Of a stretch of DNA of 64,000 nt, positions 53,113 to 64,000 are shown piece by piece. The notes under the pieces were generated by a model. It ran no database searches, was not told the origin of the DNA, and saw only the letters and a program-made list of their open reading frames with translations. Numbering within the stretch: position 1 is the first letter of the stretch; each line of letters opens with the position of its first letter. The position numbers and the translations under genes are program-made. This DNA is from Octopus bimaculoides (Eukaryota): NCBI RefSeq assembly GCF_001194135.2, contig NC_068994.1:20652269-20716268 (forward strand), read 5' to 3'.

Positions 53113-54669
53113 ATATACAGAACTACTATTATCTTAATTATTCAGAGTTTGGAAAATTCATCAAGCATTTCCTTTCTTAAAAAAAAATTGGAAAATATGC
53201 CTAAAAGTATTTAAGCTTAATAAGAGTGTTCAATGTTAATGGAAATGTTCAAAATGTTGACCGATCTCCTTAGTATTGTTATTCTCTGGAATGTGTCTAT
53301 ATTATCTTTATGGGTAATTCGTCAACCTCCTTGTAGAAATAATTGTGTAACACTCCAGTTGTGCCAATTACAATGTACTTATTATCCCATTTGCGATGGT
53401 AGCCACATCCTTTAACTGTTAATGTTAAGTCGATATAATTCTTTAGCTTTTTCATTTTAATTTTGTATAACAATATTCATTTGTTATTATTATATCAATT
53501 ATTAGCTGCAGCAATTTTTGTCTTAGAAAATGATGGCAAGATTATTACATGCTATCTAGTGACCTATCTTTAAGCTGAGATGTTATAATATTTTCACCTT
53601 TTTCTAAAGTTGGTAGTTCTTACATACAACTTTTTCTTGAAGCAATTGAAATTGGGTGGCTAGATGTATGTTGAGCAGCTTTCTTCTGTTATTGCATCTC
53701 TAGTTCATTCTATACTACTTAAGCTCACTTTGGCTATAAACATAAGAATTTTCCAAGTATAAAATATATTGTAAAGCATTTTGTCCACCATTCTGTCTCA
53801 GCAAGCTTTGTAACCTTACTTCTATCGACTAAACTTGAAATATCTCTAAGAAGTCATTTGCCAGTTAATAATAACATTTGAGTTGTTTACCTCTATTTCT
53901 CTGTCAATACATTATTTAGATGTGTCCTATATTATTATGCCTGTATCATTTTCAAACACAGTTAGTGTTTTGTGTCTCTGCCATCTGTTTTCTGTATCTG
54001 TTTTGAAGTATTGACACACTTTTCCATACACATTGCTAGTAGCTCTGTTGGGTTCCATTGAAGCAACATGTTCGATGTGGAGCTATATTCCAAATGGAAT
54101 GCAGATTGCTCTACTAAACTCACTCAAAGTTCTGTCCTCTTTACCAAATTCTTCCCCTGAAGTTTCAAATCTCAAGTCAATTCAAGTTGAAACTTTTTTG
54201 CAACTTCAAATCAAAATTGCAACACTGGACTTGTTGTTAAGGCAACCATAACAATAACAACCACTACTAGCTCAGTTGTAATGGCTGGTATAGTCACCAG
54301 GTTTTACTAATTCTAGGCTGCTTGAGATACAATGGTTGTCTCTTTGTTGTCTTCAATTATTGCTATTCTTATGAGGCTTTTTTTATATAGATAAAATTCT
54401 TCAAGAAATTTTTGGTTTGAGAAATTCCAATCTAAACTTATAAATCTGCTCTTTAGAGCCATTGCTAAAATGTTTCTATTCTGTTTTCTTCTGGAACCAT
54501 GATAGAATATTGATTATACAAAGCTTCCTACTCACACTTTAGATTTGCCATATTTTCTTTTTCGTGTTTTTCTTTTTCTTTTAATATTTTCCATTTGTTT
54601 CAGCTTTATTATAACAAAGACATTATTATATAAGGAATCATTATTGAAAGCATTATTAGGGTAATCAGA

Positions 54670-54885
54670 AAGGTGACAAGCTGGCAAAATCTTCAGCATG
54701 CCAGGTAAAATGCTTAGCAGCATTTTGTTTGTCTTCACATTCTGAGTTCAAATTCTGCTGAGATCAACTTTGCCTTTCATCCTTTCGGGGTCAATAAAAT
54801 AAGAACCAGTCAAGCACAAGGATCGATGTGCTCTACTTACCCCATACCCCAAAATTGCTGGCTTTGTGCCAAAATTTGAAACCAT
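54670..54885 (+). mobile_element. Family C SINE
   Basis: ctgagttcaaattctgc...gcctttcatcctttcggggtcaataaa. Confidence 0.85.
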
Positions 54886-55484
54886 TATTACAATAACCAG
54901 ATTAAATGAATCTCACAGTATATAGTTTAAATCTGAGTTTCAATCTCACTGAGACCACCTTTACTTTTTCGTCCATCGGTGGTCAATGAAATAAGTCCTG
55001 GGATAGTTTAATCACATTACTTATTACATTCTTTTAAATCAAGTATTGAGGGTGGTTTAATTACCTACTTGCTCCAAATTTTCTGGTTTTGTATCTATGT
55101 AAGAAATCATCATCATCATCATGATGTTTTCATCTGTTTTGTGTTAACCATAACTCTACCACCAGATGCACCTCCATGTACCTGTGTTATGTGCAGTATT
55201 GTGTTTTAGAGATTTAGATTACTGTTTTTTTTTTTTTTACTGTACTGTATTAAAAAATAAAAATTACTTGTTTGTAAGCTTAAAATAGATTTTTATTAAC
55301 CATATATTATTGAAAATGCATTCATAAAGTACAGAACTGGGAATGGTTATTATTGGTTTAGCCTAGAGACAAGTAAATTCAGCCTAGTCTAGCCTAGAGA
55401 CAAATTAATTCAACTTAAGTCGTTTTTCGATCGTGTCTCTGGGAACCAATTAACGACGTAGGATGAGGTATGCCAGTGACCGGC

Positions 55485-55680
55485 CCTCGTGCCGGTGGCA
55501 CGTAAAAAGCACCCACTACACTCTCAGAGTGGTTGGCGTTAGGAAGGGCATCCAGCTGTAGAAACTGCCAGATCAGATTGGAGCCTGATGTAGCCATCTG
55601 GTTCACCAGTCCCCAGTCAAATCGTCCAACCCATGCTAGCATGGAAAGCGGACGTTAAACGATGATGATGATGATGATGA
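55485..55680 (+). mobile_element. Young RTE 3' terminus with (GAT)n tail
   Basis: CpG-intact gcggacgttaaacgatgatg. Confidence 0.85.
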
Positions 55681-55929
55681 TTGTGTTTTAGCGATTTAGA
55701 ACAGTTTTGCATTGTTGTGGGGTTTGTTCTGTTGTTTCTAGTGTTATTTTAGTTTTTTGTCTGTTGTGTAGAGTACGTTGGTTGGTGTTTGTGTTTCATG
55801 TATTGTATAATGAGGATGATGTATTTTGGCGTCAGGTGCTGATTCTGTTCTGTATATGTTGTATGTGTTGTGTTATGCTAATAGGTGGTAATTGTGTAAA
55901 ATGTGAATTGTGAGAGTTGTTGGTATAAT

Positions 55930-56215
55930 AATGTCAAATATTGATTTTGTAAGAGTATGTGTTGTAGGCAAAGAGTGTACTTTGAGCTCTGTTATTCAGC
56001 TGAAAGTGACTAGTGTGGGGTGTGATAGCCAGGCAATTTTTGGACTGCATGTGAAATTGTAAACCTTGATTTGTTTTCATATTTTTGTTCTTGTTATTCT
56101 TTTTTATTATTATACCTAATGCTCCAATTATTTTTGGTACTAATTTCACTTTTAAACCCCACAACCTGCTTATTTCAATTTCAAGATCATTGGACTTTGA
56201 TACATTCTCCGTCTG
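55930..56215 (-). mobile_element. R4/Dong-like RLE fragment
   Basis: SNDLEIEISRLWGLKVKLVPKIIGALGII. Confidence 0.6.
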
Positions 56216-57464
56216 TTTTCTTCGTGGCTGTGTGGTAATGAGTTTGCTTCCCAACTGCATGGTTCCAGGTTCAGTCCTACTGTATTGCACCTTGGGCAAT
56301 ACCTTATAATATAGCCCCAGGCCAACCAAAGCCTTGTGAGTGGATTTGATTGATAGAAACCGAAAGAAGCCCATCATGGTAATATACTCAGCCACATGTA
56401 CATTAGTTTTATGAGCAGACTGTTCTATTGATCAGATAAACAAGAACCTTGTCATTGTAAGCGATGGAGTGCCATTTTTTAAGAAGAGTGAAAGAAAAGG
56501 AAATGTTCCATATCATAAGGCAAAAATGTCATGTTTAGTATAAGCAGTGAAAGTAGGACTGAACCTGGAACCATACAGTTAGGAAGCAAACTCATTACCA
56601 CACAGCCACGACTGTCCAGTGTTGGAATGAAAATCTCTGTACTCTGATAGACATTTCTATCCCTTCTGACTAAAACATCACCAGAAAAAAGATGGAGAAT
56701 ATATCAAAGACATGCCTACCATAATGTAGTTCTCAGGGAAATTCAGCCTCTCACAGAATGTGACAAGGCTGGCCCCTTTGAATTACAGCTACAACTCATT
56801 TTTGCCAGCTGAGTGGACTGCAGCAAGGTGAAGTACAGTACCTTGCCCAAGAACACAGTGCACCACCGGGAATCACACTCATGACTTTATGATCATGAGC
56901 CGAATACCCCTAACCACTGAGCCATGCATCTTCACTCTCTTAACCATAGAGAAAAGGAGTGAAGTGATAGAAAAAGAGAAAGGAAAGCCTCAGTCATTTA
57001 AAATGACAATTAGACTGAAACATGATTGATCTTTTCTAGCTTCTTTACTTTTAACAATGAAGAAGAGGGAAAGACATTTAGTAATGAATAGAGGGAAAGT
57101 CTTTCAGATGTTTATGTTTTCATTCTAGGAGTTCTAGAATGATCGACTGTTAGTTCTTTCTTCTGTCCCCCACCCCTGGTGCTTATTCACCTTCTTTCGT
57201 AGTCCTTCATATCTTTTAGTTTGGGGGTAAGGACCATATTTTTTTTCAGGCATGTTTAACGTTTCCTCTACAAACTACAAACAGGCCTCACTTCCTTCCT
57301 TTTTTTTTTTTTTATACAAAAACTAATGCAAATTTCGAATGGAGTATAACTGTTAAAAGGGCCCAGAAAAATGGGTAGTAGCCTCTACAAAATGGGTGGG
57401 GGAGAAAAGTTGCCAAGAGGTAGCTACACGAAAAAGACGGAAACTGAAAGAATCCCATCATATA

Positions 57465-57495
<31 letters not shown>

Positions 57496-57988
57496 NNNNN
57501 NNNNNNNNNNNNNNNNNNNNNTATATATATACATGTATATATTTATGTGTTTGTGTTTGTCCTCCCTCCTACCATCGCTTGACAACCGATGTTGATGTGT
57601 TTGCGTCCCGGTAACTTAGCTGTTTGGCAGAAGAGACTGATAAAATAAGCACCAGGCTTGCAGGGAATAAGCCCAGGGGTCGATTTGGCCACAATCAAAT
57701 GACTGAAACATGCAAAAGAATAAAAGAATACCAGAAAATTGTTCTGTACCACTAAACCAAGAAGGTTCTTTGAATATGTACAGTGTATTTTAAGGCTAAA
57801 TAGTAATTCTATTTATGTTTGCGTAACTGGGATGGTTTGGTTGGATTATATAGTTATCGGTTTTACACTTCTTTCTATATTCTGTGTCACAATATAGAAA
57901 CATTTCTCATGGCACCAGCACACAGTTTACAGATGTTTACATTTTTTATGTTTTCTGTGAAGTTTTCACGGGTCCAGCTAGTTAGGTT

Positions 57989-58790
57989 GATAAAAATGGA
58001 GACCTGAGAATTGAGATCGCTAAGATGCGGCAGCTACAAGAGTCAAACATAAAGGTTATCCCTATTGTCATTGGAGCATTGGGTTCAATACTTTAGAAAT
58101 ACCCTACAATCTAGGTGTATTGAAAAAGTTGGCATTACTTGGAACTGCACGCATATTGCAAAAAATCTGTCTGTCTGAGCTCCTTGTTGTGACTTGACAA
58201 ACAGTACAACCGCATGATATTGTATGCTTTGCGATGTCTATAATAATAATAGTATTATTACTATTATTATTATAGATTTCACACAGTATACAATATCGTT
58301 AGATAGTACTGTTTGTCAAGTCACAACAAGGACCTCAGACAGGCAGTACTTTATGCAATATGCATGCAGTTCCAAGTAATGCCAACTTTTGCAATGCACC
58401 TAGATTGTAGGGTATTTCTAAAGTTTCCAGATGTTTCTTCAGGTTGGGTGGTATTGAACCCAATGCTCCAGTAACAATAGGGATAACTTTTATGTTTGAC
58501 TCTCATAGCTGCCACATCTTAACGATCTCAATTCTCAGGTTTCCATATTTATCAATCTTTTCTCTTTCTTTCATGATGATACGTTGATCCCCTGACACTG
58601 CCATGTCAATTATTAGGCACTCTTGTTTGTCCCTCCTAAAGGTTACTATATCCAGCCTTCAGTATTTGTGGACTGTTTTATTTGGGCTGCACTACTGAAT
58701 TTATAGTGTCTTGCATGGGATGTGGACTGTTCCTAGCAGGGCTATTTTTTGGATAGTGTGTAGTGTTGAGGGTCCAGGTATAGCTTCTAG
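57989..58790. mobile_element. Tail-to-tail inverted pair of R4/Dong-like 3' ends
   Basis: Plus copy 57989-58250 and minus copy from 58252, joined at taataataatagtattattactattattatta. DLRIEIAKM and KVIPIVIGALGSI motifs. Confidence 0.8.
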
Positions 58791-60314
58791 ATTTGTTTAT
58801 ACATTTTTTTCTATCATATCCATTATCATTATTGTATAATCAGCACCTTGCACAGCACATTAAACAAAGAAATTATTGTAATTGTTATTGTTGAAATCTC
58901 AAAGGAGTCAGCTTTACCATACTTAGTTGAATAGAATATCATTAGAATACCAGAGACTGATACACTTGACTATATTCCCCTTACTCTCTACACAAATTGG
59001 CTTCTGTCTCCCTTTTTCAAATAAATCTTTGTTATTGTTCTTTTTTTTTTTTTTTGTTATGGTTCCAACAATAGAGAACCCTACAATATCTATCATTTTG
59101 TTTTGTGTTTCTGAGTTGAAATTCTGCTGTTGTTTATATTGTCTTTTATCCTGCTGGGTCCATTAAATAATACACAATGACCTATTCTCCTACAAAAGAA
59201 AAGTTGTTGTTGTTAGTGGTGGTGGTGTAGAGTAGGATGTGATTTTGTTTCTCATTTTCCTGGAGGTAAGAATGTAAAATACTAAGGTTGGTGTCATTAA
59301 TTATTACTTCCTGCCAAAATTCATGGCCATTTGTAGTAATCAGCATAAGTAGTAGGACGAAGGATAGCACAAAGGTTTTGTGATGTTAAGTCAGCTTTGC
59401 TTTTTATCTTTCTGGGATTGATAAAATAAAGTATTTTCCAAATGCCTGTCCCAGTGTTAAAAAATCATTATTACTAGTTATAAATTAATATTTTACAATA
59501 TGTAATATATTTTCTGGCATACAATTCAATGTAGTATATAAACATGTAATGTAAAACATTCAAACATAGTCACTATCTTTCCAAATCATGCTGTATTTCA
59601 CATAGAATTTTTGGTCCTCCTGAGTTGTCTTGGTGTTTTGAAAAATTCAACTTATATGCCAGAAAATACAATTGTTGCATCTCTTTACAGTTGGCTCAAT
59701 CATTACCAGGGTTGATAAAGTAAATACCAGTCATATCCTGGATCAATCCAATCAACTGTAACCTTTTGCTGTAACCCTCTACCTTGTGTTATTTAGTTAC
59801 AGCCCTTTATATTTTGAGTTCAAATCCTGTGGGTCTTGATTTTGCCTTTAATCTCTGCAAAGTTGATAAAATAAATATTTGTAATGTACAGGTTTGATTC
59901 AGTTAACAATGCTCTTTCTGCATATTCACTATCATCATCATCACTTCTACATTTGCTTTTGTCTGTGTTGGTATGGGTTGGTCAAGACTTCTTGAGGCAG
60001 CATTGTCTGCTGGATGTCCTTATTGATCCAACCTTTACTTGTTTCCAAATGAAGTACTTTATTCCATTTGTCTTGAGCACATCTTTCTACCAAACTTAGG
60101 ACAATGTTGCTGCTAAAGAGATGTCAAGTAAGTACACTTTGAGATAAACTCATGTGCACATGCAAATATGTACATGCATATGATATGCTTTTATAAAGCT
60201 TTTGTTTACCAAATTTCACTCAAAAGGCATTGATCAACCTGAAGCCTTAATAAAGGACACTGGGTCAACCTGCGGCCTTAATAAAGGACACCGCAGGATT
60301 GAACCCCAAACCAT

Positions 60315-60580
60315 GTGGATGCCTAAATGAATTTCTTAACGTGTCAGTACCTGTTAAAATTGGTAATAATTATTGGTTTCAAATTTCAGCACAAGGCCAG
60401 TGAGGAGGTAAGTCAATTACATTGACCCTAGTACTCAACAGGTACTTATTTAACAGACCCTGGAAAGATGAAAGGCAAAGTTGTCCTTGGCGGAATTTGA
60501 ATTCAGAAATGTTTAGCTGGTCAAAATGCTGCTAAGCATTAGCTTGGTGCAGTAACAATTCTGCCAGCTCACCACCTAAA
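60315..60580 (-). mobile_element. Family C SINE
   Basis: gatgaaaggcaaagttgtccttggcggaatttgaattcag. Confidence 0.8.
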
Positions 60581-60756
60581 ATTAGAAATCATTATTAGCA
60601 GTTAGATGGTGGGTACATAGTGTTTGGAAATAAAGGACACAATTGCATTCAGAAGAGAGTTAAAGCATTCATCTATAACTTTGAAGTTCAAATAGTTTCA
60701 AAGTGCTCCCATTTGAGTAGCTGAGTTTTCATTTAAAATAAAAGAGTTTTCATTTA

Positions 60757-61004
60757 AAAAGTCATGGGCACAGCCACCCACGAAACTAAACTATAAAAAT
60801 AATCAAATAGATTAATGAGAATATTTAATTGTATTAACCAATTGTAAGGTTACTTCTGCTGTAAGTGTTTTGAAAGAATGATAATTCAAAACGCTTACAG
60901 CTGAAGTAACCTTACAATTGGTTAATACGGGGTCTAATATTCTCATTAATCTATTTGATTATTTTTATAGTTTAGTTTGGTGGGTGGCTGTGCCCATGAC
61001 TTTT
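60757..61004. mobile_element. Near-perfect 248-bp palindrome (MITE-like)
   Basis: aaaagtcatgggcacagccaccca...gttttgaa / ttcaaaac...tgggtggctgtgcccatgactttt. Confidence 0.8.
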
Positions 61005-61566
61005 GTAAAGGCCTCCTGAGATTGGTGAGATAGAAATTCTGTATTCATATGGCAGCTGAATACCGCAAAACTAGTGGCCATGCAAATCAAGATGGGTCCC
61101 ATAGTCAGCCTTGTTGTATAATACCTACTCATCTGGACAAACAGCAGCCATCCCAGAAGTCAGACACAGGTTTGGGTCCAGTCTCTTGTATGTTGGCCAA
61201 CCCTCTAGTTGTAAATATGATCCTTACTATAGCATTATATAGCATTATGTAGCTTACCCTCTGGTTGTAAATATGATCCTTACTATAGCATTACTATAGC
61301 ATTATGTAGCTTAATATCAACTGTGAAATAGTATTTTAACACAAGTTTTACTGTGGACCATTCTCTCTTAGGATCTAGTACTTTAAACATGTGGACTTCA
61401 TTTAACCCTTTAGCATTTAATCTGGCCATACCTGGCCCAAATATTCTACCTATTTTATGTTAAAATTGACCAGATCCAACCTCTCAAACCTACCCTACAA
61501 TGTAATTCTAAAAATATACAAACACACCATTGAAATCTTGTAGTTATAAGATAATTAATTCAAACA

Positions 61567-62225
61567 TTGGGCCTCACAGAGGCAATGACAGGAGACTGGG
61601 ACCTTTGGAGATATACTGTGATTGAGAAGACCTGGCAACTAAAGTGAGATCGCAGCCATGCCTTTCAGGCTCTGTTAAGAATACCCTGATGCATCAGGTG
61701 ATATGATATGCTTGAGAAGACCTGTTGAGTTAAGTAAAACCAATATCATAGCTAGGGCCGGTACCCTTGGTTGGCTCACATGCCAGTGGCACGTAAAATG
61801 CACCATCTGAATATGGTCAATGCCAGGTCTGCTTAACTGGCTCCCGTGCCGGTGGCACATAAATACACCAAGTGAATGTGGCTGATGCCAGTACCTCCAG
61901 ACTGGCTCCCATGCCGGTGGCACGTAAAAAACACCATCCAAATGTGGTTGATGCCAGGTCCGCCTGACTGGCTCCCGTGCTGGTGGCACATAAAAAGCAC
62001 CAACCAATCGTGACCGATGCCAGTACCCACTGACTGGCTCCTGTGCTGGTGGCATGTAAAAAGCACCCACTACACTCTCGGAGTGGTTGGCGTTAGGAAG
62101 GGCATCCAGCTGTAGAAACATTGCTAGAGTAGATTGGCGCCTGGTGCAGGCGCTGGCTCTCCAGACCACAGTCAAACCATCCAACCCATGCCAGCATGGA
62201 AAATGGACATTAAATGATGATGAAT
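61567..62225 (+). mobile_element. RTE 3' end with ~60-bp tandem units in the UTR
   Basis: Repeated gactggctcccgtgccggtggcacgtaaaaagcacc, then the family terminus and tail. Confidence 0.85.
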
Positions 62226-63799
62226 GTAAATAAATAGGCAATACATTTGACAAAGAAATTTGAATGCCAAACTGTTAAAGATGTTAGAAAGCTATATTAA
62301 CAAACTGAGCAAATAGCTCCATGCAACCCATCTTTCTGATTTGTTATTATTTGATCATACCAAGAGATACATCAATCTGAATTTTCCCATAATGTTTTTA
62401 CATTAATGTTGTTCACAGAGACGGTGCTACTGTTGCATGATACCTTTCATACATCATGTTTCTCATCATGACCTGAAATCTAGTATAGAAGATGACCACT
62501 CGTTTAAATTCCTTCATCTGTACACTTTTATTGTAAAAGATGAACCATATTGTCAGTGACAACTATCTTTTAATGTAACAATCCTTTTGACTAGGCACAA
62601 AAGTGATTTTAATAGGGAATTTATATCATCTATTAAATGGAACCTATAGTGTTTGTTCTGTATTTTTATTTTGGAATGCAGCTGTACAAAAATATATATT
62701 GTAACCATTCCAACCAAATCACCACCTCTTATTGTATCAGCAGCAATTTAGGAATGATTTATTGAAAAACTGAAAGATAAAAAATAAAAACCATAGGGAA
62801 AAAGAACACTTTTAAAAAGTATTTTCTGAAAGAAAATCTTATTTGTCTTTGTAAAGTTTAAAGATACGAATTGCATCAGTGAAAATGACTGTTTCCAAGA
62901 AAACCTATTGTTAAGAAGATTGTTCTGATAAGGTTTAATGTTGTCAATTTGTGTTTTGATATGTAGTTGGGATTCTCTGTTCTGTCCAATTAAGAGAGAA
63001 TATTGATTAAGTGGTATCTAATGATTAATTTATTTGTATCTTCTGTAACAGTAAACATTTCTGTGAAAGATATTTAAAGTAGGCTACTTAATTGGATCCA
63101 TTGTATGCTTATTGACTTTCTTTTACTCTATTTATCTTTTATTGTATATTTGTCTTTTTTCTTTCTTCCTTCTCTCTCTTTCCTTCATAATTTATCTGTC
63201 TCTCTCTTTCTCTTTCAGGACTTAGTATTTTTGTGAGATATTCTCACTTTATCCTTTAGTTCTTCTATACTGCATAATTTTGATCTAAACTATCTTCAAA
63301 TAAAACATTTGAAAGGAAAAAAATGAAAAAGATATACCTTATTATGATCCTTATTTTGCCACAAATTTAAAGATTCTTTATTTTACACAATCCTTTGACA
63401 ATCTTTTTATAAAAATAAACTCTAAAATCATTGTTATTTATTTGACTTTGATCAAATCAATAGTATATTCCATCTCACCACTTTATTTACTGTTATTGCC
63501 TTTCATTAGATATTCAATCCTATTTTATTCACCAATTTCATTTATTTGTTCAGGGATCTTTCTTCCTCTGCTACACTACTCTATTCACCTCCCATTACCC
63601 ATTTATATCTAATAATCTATGCCATTTTTTCTTTCTTTTCTCTCACTCTTTTCCGTCCTCTCACTCAAGTTTCCTTTTATTTCCCTCCCTCAACCTCTTT
63701 CTCTGTTTTTGTCTTCTCTTTCTCTTTGTACACTTTTTCATCTTCTTCTTCCTCATTCCTGGTTTACTCCATGACTGTACACTAATAACTAGAGCAAAA

Positions 63800-63990
63800 C
63801 AAGCAGTCTCTGTGTGGTTGCTCAACCTGCTAATAATAGCAACTAGATTTCTCAAAATCATTCTGCATTAAGAAAAGGGACAACTCAGTAGTCATTGATG
63901 TATAAAATAATGAGATAGTCATGGCTAGAATGCCTTTGACTACAGGTCTGATCAATCAGGACTAAGCAAAGGCTAAACAACAACAATACT
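63800..63990 (+). mobile_element. Family E repeat
   Basis: ctcaacctgctaataatagcaac...gctagaatgcctttgac...ggctaaacaacaac. Confidence 0.75.
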
Positions 63991-64000
63991 AACCATAATA

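Noticed and set aside
61201-61313. Two-copy ~56-bp tandem repeat (similar short duplications at ~20640-20720, 49449-49583 and 60230-60290)
   Set aside because: Simple slippage duplications with no unique spacers, so not CRISPR-like.
61675-62253. 192-aa minus ORF with internal repeats
   Set aside because: It is antisense to the RTE 3' UTR tandem units; no protein family evidence.
62840-62915. Minus-strand VFLETVIFTDAI segment with a GTATCTTT U12-like donor
   Set aside because: Imperfect match to GTATCCTT, and no partner exon or U12 branch site was found.

Overview
AT-rich, microsatellite-dense animal genomic DNA with 10 assembly gaps. It is most likely from an octopus-type cephalopod, inferred from the tRNA-derived SINE families I recognise. 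I could not confidently identify any host protein-coding gene. Most ORFs in the track are microsatellite or gap artefacts, or are degraded transposon fragments. The window is layered transposon debris: RTE, CR1, Tx1/L1 and R4/Dong-type LINE remnants, at least three tRNA-headed SINE families plus a ~200-bp headless repeat, Tc1 and mariner transposase pseudogenes, hAT/Tigger/mariner MITEs, a solo LTR, a Penelope-like fragment and several foldback elements. The most interesting signals are: (1) a 568-bp TIR element with an 8-bp TSD and a perfect 40-bp telomeric-repeat palindrome; (2) a minimal hammerhead-ribozyme-like fold with a non-canonical core; (3) a CpG-retaining domain (~14-23.6 kb) between CpG-decayed domains, holding candidate promoter and small-exon signals; (4) R4/Dong-like fragments in (TAA)n tracts, including a tail-to-tail inverted pair. 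Repeat-copy boundaries are approximate unless a TSD is given.
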